DNA of 64,000 nucleotides. It comes from Enterobacteria phage P922. How positions within the stretch are numbered: position 1 is the stretch's first letter; every line of letters starts with the position of its first letter. The stretch lies in the sequence record OR999189.1; one strand, 5' to 3'. Positions 58,297 to 64,000 of this stretch are shown here, one piece after another. The notes under the pieces are model-generated. The model worked only from the letters and a program-made list of their open reading frames with translations. It was not told the DNA's origin and ran no database searches. The translations under genes and the position numbers were made by a program.

Positions 58297-59325
58297 ATGA
58301 AAACTCGTTCTCAAATTGAAGATATGGTTCGTAATGCCAGTTATACTCGTGATGTTATGACATTTTTGTGTGAAAATAATTTAGACCCTGATAAAGTTAA
58401 TCGTGTTATTCATCACTTTAAGTATACGAATAGCAGTGAATGGGTGCGTAATTTTAGTAAAGCGGGATATATTACACAAATGACTGCTCGTGAGCAACTC
58501 ACCGATTTCTGTAAAACTATTGATTATAAAAATCCTTTATTTGTTCAAGGCGTTGGTCAAAGTAAGGTCGATTTATCATCTGGATTTTTCAATCCAAATC
58601 ATTATCGTATTGAATGGAGATTTATTGCTCTGTTCCGTAGACAATTAAAGCAAATTTTATCAACTGCGAGTCGATTAAAAGGTTCTGATATTAACTTAAA
58701 GAACCTGAAATTTGATGGTTATACTCTTCAGATGGAAGTAAGACCATTAAAAGAAAATAATAGAACTGCACGAATTAGCTTTAAACCTAATACAAAAAAT
58801 TCTCTTTCAATTTGCGAATGCCTTAAATCGCAGTTGACAGAAGCATTTAAGTATATGGATGTTGTTGCCGCTGTTCAGTCTAAGATTTTACCTCATTTTG
58901 AGCGAAATTGGGAACATACAACAACGTATGAACTTGATATGATCGTTTCATTTAAATACGATTTTTTGAGAAAGGACGAAGTCACGCAAGAGAAAAAGCA
59001 AGAAGTGCAAGATAACTTAAATTTAAATTTATCTAATTACTCATCAAACGATCCTAAATTTTGGATGTATAGTTCAGGTAATAAGGATGCATGGAAATTC
59101 AATAAAGTGAATTTTCTTCCTGTTGAAAATCCGAGTCTTAAACCTGTTGAAAAATGGCATGCAGATGCGATTGAGAAGTCTATCAAGGCAGTAGATGATG
59201 AACTCGTTAAAGCAACTAATGAAGTGCTAGAAGCTGAAAAGATGCTAGAAAAAGCTCAAGAAAAAGTCAAAAATCTTACGAAGCAACGTTCTAAACTGAA
59301 CAATGCACTAAATGCACTAAACTAG
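58297..59325 (+). CDS. hypothetical protein, paralog B
   Basis: 342 aa; N-terminus MKTRSQIED; C-terminal coiled coil (ELVKATNEVLEAEKMLEKAQEKVKNLTKQRSKLNNALNALN). Confidence 0.55.
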   Translation: MKTRSQIEDMVRNASYTRDVMTFLCENNLDPDKVNRVIHHFKYTNSSEWVRNFSKAGYITQMTAREQLTDFCKTIDYKNPLFVQGVGQSKVDLSSGFFNPNHYRIEWRFIALFRRQLKQILSTASRLKGSDINLKNLKFDGYTLQMEVRPLKENNRTARISFKPNTKNSLSICECLKSQLTEAFKYMDVVAAVQSKILPHFERNWEHTTTYELDMIVSFKYDFLRKDEVTQEKKQEVQDNLNLNLSNYSSNDPKFWMYSSGNKDAWKFNKVNFLPVENPSLKPVEKWHADAIEKSIKAVDDELVKATNEVLEAEKMLEKAQEKVKNLTKQRSKLNNALNALN

Positions 59326-59354
59326 TTTACTTTGCCACAAGGATGTGGTATAAT
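59325..59354 (+). promoter_or_regulatory. early promoter inside the four-paralog cluster (before paralog C)
   Basis: GTTTAC at 59325, TGGTATAAT ending at 59354. Confidence 0.5.
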
Positions 59355-59382
59355 GTTCTTACTTTCTACTGAGGAGATTAAT

Positions 59383-60384
59383 ATGACTCGTAACGAATAT
59401 ATCAAATCATTCAATAGCGTTATTGATGATAAAGTTAAACCTATGTCTAGTCAGAATAGTGTTCTTTCTATTATCAATCAATGGCTCAATAATATTGATG
59501 TAAGCATTGTTTCTTCCAACAGATTTATTCACGAAGTTCGTGAAATTTCTAGTCGTACAGATAAAGATGACATTAAGAAAACCTTTAAAGGGTCTCGTCT
59601 TCTTTCATACTTAGTCAACAGAGATATTCTTGGTAAATTTGGGAAAGAAATTAAACGAACTAAAGATGTAGTAGGATATAATTGGTTCGGTGATGTTAAT
59701 TCTTATCATCTTAATAATAAAGAAGACCCTGAGAATATTTTTACTCGTCGTTGGATTAGTAATTTCAGACTTTTCAAAGGACAAATTCTAAAATCAGCTT
59801 CTAAATTATGTTATGGCGATTATCGTCAAATTCATCCTTTGGCTTCTGATATGATTATCGTAAAAGAATATGAACTTGATAAAAATAAAGTAGCTATTTT
59901 TGTGAATTATGGATTTTTTACACCAGACGCTAACCAAAAGAATATTAATAAATTTTTCTCAATTGCTAGCACTATAACTTATCAATTAGAGGCGGCTTTG
60001 GGCTGTATGGAAACCGTAAAAAGTATTCATACTTATCCTTTTAAAAATATGTGCGGTTGGGAAGGATATAAAATTATAATTAGCCTCCGTGAAGTGAAAC
60101 GTACGTACTCACCGACTGATAAAGAAATTTACCAACAAAAATGTGATGAAATTGTGAATACTCCTAAAGAAGAAACTACCCTTGAAGAACTAATGGAATG
60201 TCTTGACGATTCGCCTGAACCGATAGAAATTCGTCCAGAAGTTATTGCACTAGAAAAAGCTTATAAAGAAGTTCTAGAAATTTCTAATAAAGCGCAGAAA
60301 GATTATGAGAAGGCTAAAAGGATTTGGGAAGAATCTGTTAATCGCCTTGATCGTTTGGAACAAGCTTTACAGTTAATTAAGTAA
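59383..60384 (+). CDS. hypothetical protein, paralog C
   Basis: First ATG after GAGGAG RBS (track start is TTG); 333 aa; C-terminal coiled coil. Confidence 0.55.
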   Translation: MTRNEYIKSFNSVIDDKVKPMSSQNSVLSIINQWLNNIDVSIVSSNRFIHEVREISSRTDKDDIKKTFKGSRLLSYLVNRDILGKFGKEIKRTKDVVGYNWFGDVNSYHLNNKEDPENIFTRRWISNFRLFKGQILKSASKLCYGDYRQIHPLASDMIIVKEYELDKNKVAIFVNYGFFTPDANQKNINKFFSIASTITYQLEAALGCMETVKSIHTYPFKNMCGWEGYKIIISLREVKRTYSPTDKEIYQQKCDEIVNTPKEETTLEELMECLDDSPEPIEIRPEVIALEKAYKEVLEISNKAQKDYEKAKRIWEESVNRLDRLEQALQLIK

Positions 60385-60436
60385 TTTAAAGCCAAGGATG
60401 GCTCGGAGTATAAATCATTAACCAAGTGAGAAGAAC

Positions 60437-61363
60437 ATGAAAACTCGTAAACATTATATTGATTATTTTGACAGTCTTATTACTAAACATCGTAATTATC
60501 AGATAGGACATAGAGCAGTAATCAATAATATTCTTCGTGATTTTTTAGACTATATTGGATGGGAAAACCATATTTGTAAAGATACACAAAATGCGTATTC
60601 ACATTCTCTTGGTTCTTTGCTAGAGTGGTTCAAACGTTCCCGATTACTATCTTCTGTGATAGCTGTTAATAATGTTAAAAAATTTATGTATCCAAGCTAC
60701 ATTGAGACTAATGTATCAAATGCTAATGTTGTTACATTTAATATTATTAATGACGTGAAAAGAACTTATTTAGAAGAATGGTTTTCTAAAAATAGTAAAG
60801 AAAAATTTGCTAGTGAGTTTTCACATGAATTTAATAATAATGTGAATATGCTTTTTAAGCATTCTCGTAGACTGTTTTGTCATGGCGATGACCGTACTAT
60901 TAATGTAAATGTAAAAGATTGGGTTACGGCTAAATTTATTCCATCATCACAGAATGGACCATTTGAATTGTCAATTATTGTTTGTGCTCCGCATGAAATA
61001 TATAAAAATCTTCCATATATGAAACCGCGTGAAGCTAATAAACATAATAAAACGATTCGTTCTTTGACTTATAATCTTCGTACGTTATTGTCTAAAATGG
61101 ACGTAGTTGAATCCTTTGATGATAATACGAATTATGGTCTTTCACTGTTTGAAACTAAAGTTGTTATTAAGTTAAAGGACCCTAGTAAATTTAAACCTAC
61201 ACCAAAGCCCAATCATGGGAATGATACTATGAAAGAAGAACGCGAATATCTCAGTGCCCGTTTGATTGAAGTTGAAAAACAGATTGAAGAGCATACTAAA
61301 GTTATTAAGGCTTTAACCGCCAAAGCAAATGGTTTACGTGATGCTATTGAGGTACTGAAATGA
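60437..61363 (+). CDS. hypothetical protein, paralog D
   Basis: 308 aa; N-terminus MKTRKHYIDY; C-terminal coiled coil ([42 protein letters not shown]). Confidence 0.55.
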   Translation: MKTRKHYIDYFDSLITKHRNYQIGHRAVINNILRDFLDYIGWENHICKDTQNAYSHSLGSLLEWFKRSRLLSSVIAVNNVKKFMYPSYIETNVSNANVVTFNIINDVKRTYLEEWFSKNSKEKFASEFSHEFNNNVNMLFKHSRRLFCHGDDRTINVNVKDWVTAKFIPSSQNGPFELSIIVCAPHEIYKNLPYMKPREANKHNKTIRSLTYNLRTLLSKMDVVESFDDNTNYGLSLFETKVVIKLKDPSKFKPTPKPNHGNDTMKEEREYLSARLIEVEKQIEEHTKVIKALTAKANGLRDAIEVLK

Positions 61364-61677
61364 AAAAGCGTTTATTAGAAGATATTGCAGCTTCAAGTAA
61401 TTCCAGTCTAATTAAAATTATTATGGCTGGTGAAGAAGACGATCTAGAAATGCGTGGAAAGATTCATGGTTGTGACGATCTAGACTTTAAACCTCCAGCT
61501 TGGGATGCCATTATGGTTATGGTTGAACGTCGCGAAAGGGCTTCTAAAAACGTTCCTAATTGTCCTGAATGCGGTACTGAACAGGTTCAATTAGTCCATT
61601 GGCAGACTAGTAATCTTCGTTATAAATGCCGTCATTGCAAACACCGATTTAACCGAGAAGAAAATGACAAAGCGTAA
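61360..61677 (+). CDS. small zinc-ribbon protein
   Basis: 105 aa; CxxC...CxxC motif (CPECGTEQ...CRHCKH); overlaps neighbours. Confidence 0.5.
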
Positions 61678-61906
61678 AGAATATATGGAGACTGCTGAAA
61701 AGGCAGTCCGTGAATTAGCAATAGCGTATTATAATGAACACGGTAAATTTCCTGATAGATACAGCGTGCTTAAATCTGCTTTAACTCGTTCATATAAAAA
61801 TATGCTATCAGAAGTAAGTGATATTATATACAAACATAAAGAACAAACAGGTCAAAGTCTTGATTACGACGAGACTTTTAAACAAGTACTAGGAATTAAG
61901 GAATAA
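61664..61906 (+). CDS. hypothetical protein
   Basis: 80-aa ORF immediately upstream of nrdC. Confidence 0.45.
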
Positions 61907-61907
61907 T

Positions 61908-62171
61908 ATGTTTAAAGTATATGGCTATGATAGCAACATCCACAAATGTGTGTATTGCGATAATGCAAAACGTCTTTTGACTGTGAAGAAACAGCCGTTT
62001 GAATTTATCAACATTATGCCGGAAAAAGGTGTTTTTGATGACGAGAAAATTGCTGAGCTTCTGACGAAACTAAGTCGTGATACTCAAATCGGATTGACGA
62101 TGCCACAAGTATTTGCTCCTGATGGAAGTCATATTGGTGGATTTGACCAATTGCGGGAATACTTTAAATGA
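61908..62171 (+). CDS. nrdC: glutaredoxin/thioredoxin NrdC
   Basis: 87 aa; active-site CVYC; sequence MFKVYGYDSNIHKCVYCDNAKRLL matches T4 NrdC from memory. Confidence 0.9.
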   Translation: MFKVYGYDSNIHKCVYCDNAKRLLTVKKQPFEFINIMPEKGVFDDEKIAELLTKLSRDTQIGLTMPQVFAPDGSHIGGFDQLREYFK

Positions 62172-62476
62172 TAGAATTAAATGAACAGACTATTTTTCTA
62201 GGCGATGGCACAGAAGACGAACTGGAATATAAACTATATGAATATATGGTTTGGTTAGCTAAAGCAGAAGGTATAGACTTTGTTGTGGCTAACCCGTATG
62301 GCGAGAACACGGTTGTAATCGGTGGTACTGCTTATGAAGTCCAATGGCAATACGTTGGGCTTGAATCTGAAGAATTTGAAGAAGATGAGCATGGTGATTG
62401 GCATCCAGTGGGTCCTTGGTATTGGGAAAACGGTGAACCTGATTTTGAAGTGTCGAGTTGGTGGTGTGATAAATGA
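62168..62476 (+). CDS. hypothetical acidic protein
   Basis: 102-aa ORF overlapping the nrdC stop. Confidence 0.45.
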   Translation: MIELNEQTIFLGDGTEDELEYKLYEYMVWLAKAEGIDFVVANPYGENTVVIGGTAYEVQWQYVGLESEEFEEDEHGDWHPVGPWYWENGEPDFEVSSWWCDK

Positions 62477-62793
62477 CTATTGAAAATAAATTAGATGTTG
62501 ATGCAGTTCTGAGTGAAATCATTGAAGACCATGATGCATTTTCAGAAAATTATGATTTTGATTTTTCAGACTATCTTAAACCTGTCGAAATAGAAGACTG
62601 GGTACAAGATGGCAAATGTCAATATCGGCAGTGTGTTTATTTTAGCCCAAAACATAATGTACATGTTTCCGTAAATGAATGCCGTTCAGGTTCTTACCAT
62701 TCTGACTGGTATTATGCAGTTCCGACTGTTGAATTAGTCGAGCCCCGTGAACGTGTAGTAACTCAGACAATACGAGAATGGATTACGCTATAA
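62473..62793 (+). CDS. hypothetical protein
   Basis: 106-aa ORF; ATGA overlap with upstream gene. Confidence 0.45.
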   Translation: MTIENKLDVDAVLSEIIEDHDAFSENYDFDFSDYLKPVEIEDWVQDGKCQYRQCVYFSPKHNVHVSVNECRSGSYHSDWYYAVPTVELVEPRERVVTQTIREWITL

Positions 62794-62916
62794 AACCTTG
62801 GTGGGCGGCTAGATGGGAAACAGTAGAGCCAGAGCCGGAAGAACCGGTTTACACTGATGAAGAAACAGTATATAATGAACCTACGATAAATGACTTAATT
62901 GATATGGAGATGGGAC

Positions 62917-63363
62917 ATGATTACAGTAGATAAGTGGTTTAGAATTAATCGTGCTGATAAAGGGCTATGTAATTATTGGCCAGAACTTAGTGCAGGTACT
63001 GTCTTTAAAGTTCGTGAACTCGCAAAAGAATGCGAAGATGATATAGAACCTGATACTGGAATTATTGAAATTGAACTTTCTGATGGAAAGATTATTAACA
63101 TCTATGATAAGCCAATTACGTATTGGTGCTTGTGGAATACTGAATCAGTAGAAAATGGCGAGATTGAAGAAGTTGTAGAACGAGTTGATCAAGCTATTCA
63201 TAAACCTAAAGCCGCTTTTCAAGGTGAACGCATTTCATATGCATTAGCTAAATTAGCTGCGCAAGAAAACAACGATGGCTATGAAGGAAATTTGATGCAA
63301 GCTGCGGCAGAATATATTGAATGGCTTGAAACTCAAATTTCTTTTTCTGACCGAGCATTTTAA
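62917..63363 (+). CDS. hypothetical protein
   Basis: Track ORF starts at a TTG; first ATG after GGAG RBS (MITVDKWFRIN) gives 148 aa. Confidence 0.45.
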   Translation: MITVDKWFRINRADKGLCNYWPELSAGTVFKVRELAKECEDDIEPDTGIIEIELSDGKIINIYDKPITYWCLWNTESVENGEIEEVVERVDQAIHKPKAAFQGERISYALAKLAAQENNDGYEGNLMQAAAEYIEWLETQISFSDRAF

Positions 63364-63539
63364 TGAAAACTGAATTGGTTTATACTGAAAAGTTAAATGG
63401 TGGTAAGGTTTGGAAACTTTTTATTAAAGGAAGTCCTACCGACTCTAATATGACCACTTGTGTAGGAACTTATTCTCGTCCTACTAAAAAGATGATTCGG
63501 CAATATAAGCGATTGCATCGAATGTTTTACAATACTTGA
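63363..63539 (+). CDS. hypothetical small protein
   Basis: 58-aa ORF (MKTELVYTEKLNGG...) not in the track; ATG overlaps the upstream stop (TAATG). Confidence 0.3.
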   Translation: MKTELVYTEKLNGGKVWKLFIKGSPTDSNMTTCVGTYSRPTKKMIRQYKRLHRMFYNT

Positions 63540-63580
63540 AAATAATAAATACCCTTATCTATTTAAGGTAAGGGTTTATT

Positions 63581-64000
63581 ATGTTATTGACTGGCAAATT
63601 ATATAAAGAAGAAAAACAGAAATTTTATGATGCACAAAACGGTAAATGCTTAATTTGCCAACGAGAATTAAATCCTGATGTTCAAGCTAATCACCTTGAC
63701 CATGACCATGAATTAAATGGACCGAAAGCAGGAAAGGTACGTGGATTGCTTTGTAATCTCTGCAATGCTGCAGAAGGTCAAATGAAACATAAATTTAATC
63801 GTTCTGGTTTAAAGGGACAAGGTGTTGATTATCTTGAATGGTTAGAAAATTTACTTACTTATTTAAAATCCGATTACACCCAAAATAATATTCACCCTAA
63901 CTTTGTTGGAGATAAATCAAAGGAATTTTCTCGTTTAGGAAAAGAGGAAATGATGGCTGAGATGCTTCAAAGAGGATTTGAATATAATGAATCTGACACT
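63581..64000 (+). CDS. 49: recombination endonuclease VII (Holliday junction resolvase), 3' end outside window
   Basis: Open frame to the window end (140 codons); MLLTGKLYKEEKQKFYDAQNGKCLICQRELNPD with Zn-binding Cys and HDH motif matches T4 endo VII from memory. Confidence 0.9.
   Translation, partial: MLLTGKLYKEEKQKFYDAQNGKCLICQRELNPDVQANHLDHDHELNGPKAGKVRGLLCNLCNAAEGQMKHKFNRSGLKGQGVDYLEWLENLLTYLKSDYTQNNIHPNFVGDKSKEFSRLGKEEMMAEMLQRGFEYNESDT

Overview
This window is a segment of a T4-like (T-even) Escherichia phage genome, close to T4 but not identical. All T4 comparisons are from memory, not a database search. Bases 1-31074 hold the late structural module, almost entirely on the minus strand (genes 24, 23, 22, 21, 68, 67, 20, 19, 18, 17, 16, 15, 14, 13, wac, 12-5, 53), with an HNH endonuclease ORF inserted between genes 19 and 18 and conserved TATAAATA late promoters. 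From 31122 onward everything is on the plus strand: genes 4, 2, 3, 1, 57A, 57B (Acb1), then a hyperplastic early region. That region contains six internal-protein-like genes with the MKTYxEF capsid-targeting leader, a 10-tRNA array, about 400 nt of non-coding structured sequence, nudE, lysozyme e, denV, a GrcA-like glycyl-radical gene with host-like codon usage, regB, a macro-domain protein, tk, rI, a nucleotidyltransferase plus AAA+ ATPase cluster, four tandem paralogs with C-terminal coiled coils, nrdC and the start of gene 49. The best candidates for uncharacterised biology are the NTase/AAA+ cluster, the four-paralog family, the macro-domain gene and a triplet of small membrane proteins. 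The ORF track uses TTG/GTG as well as ATG starts, so several start coordinates were moved to the first RBS-supported ATG.
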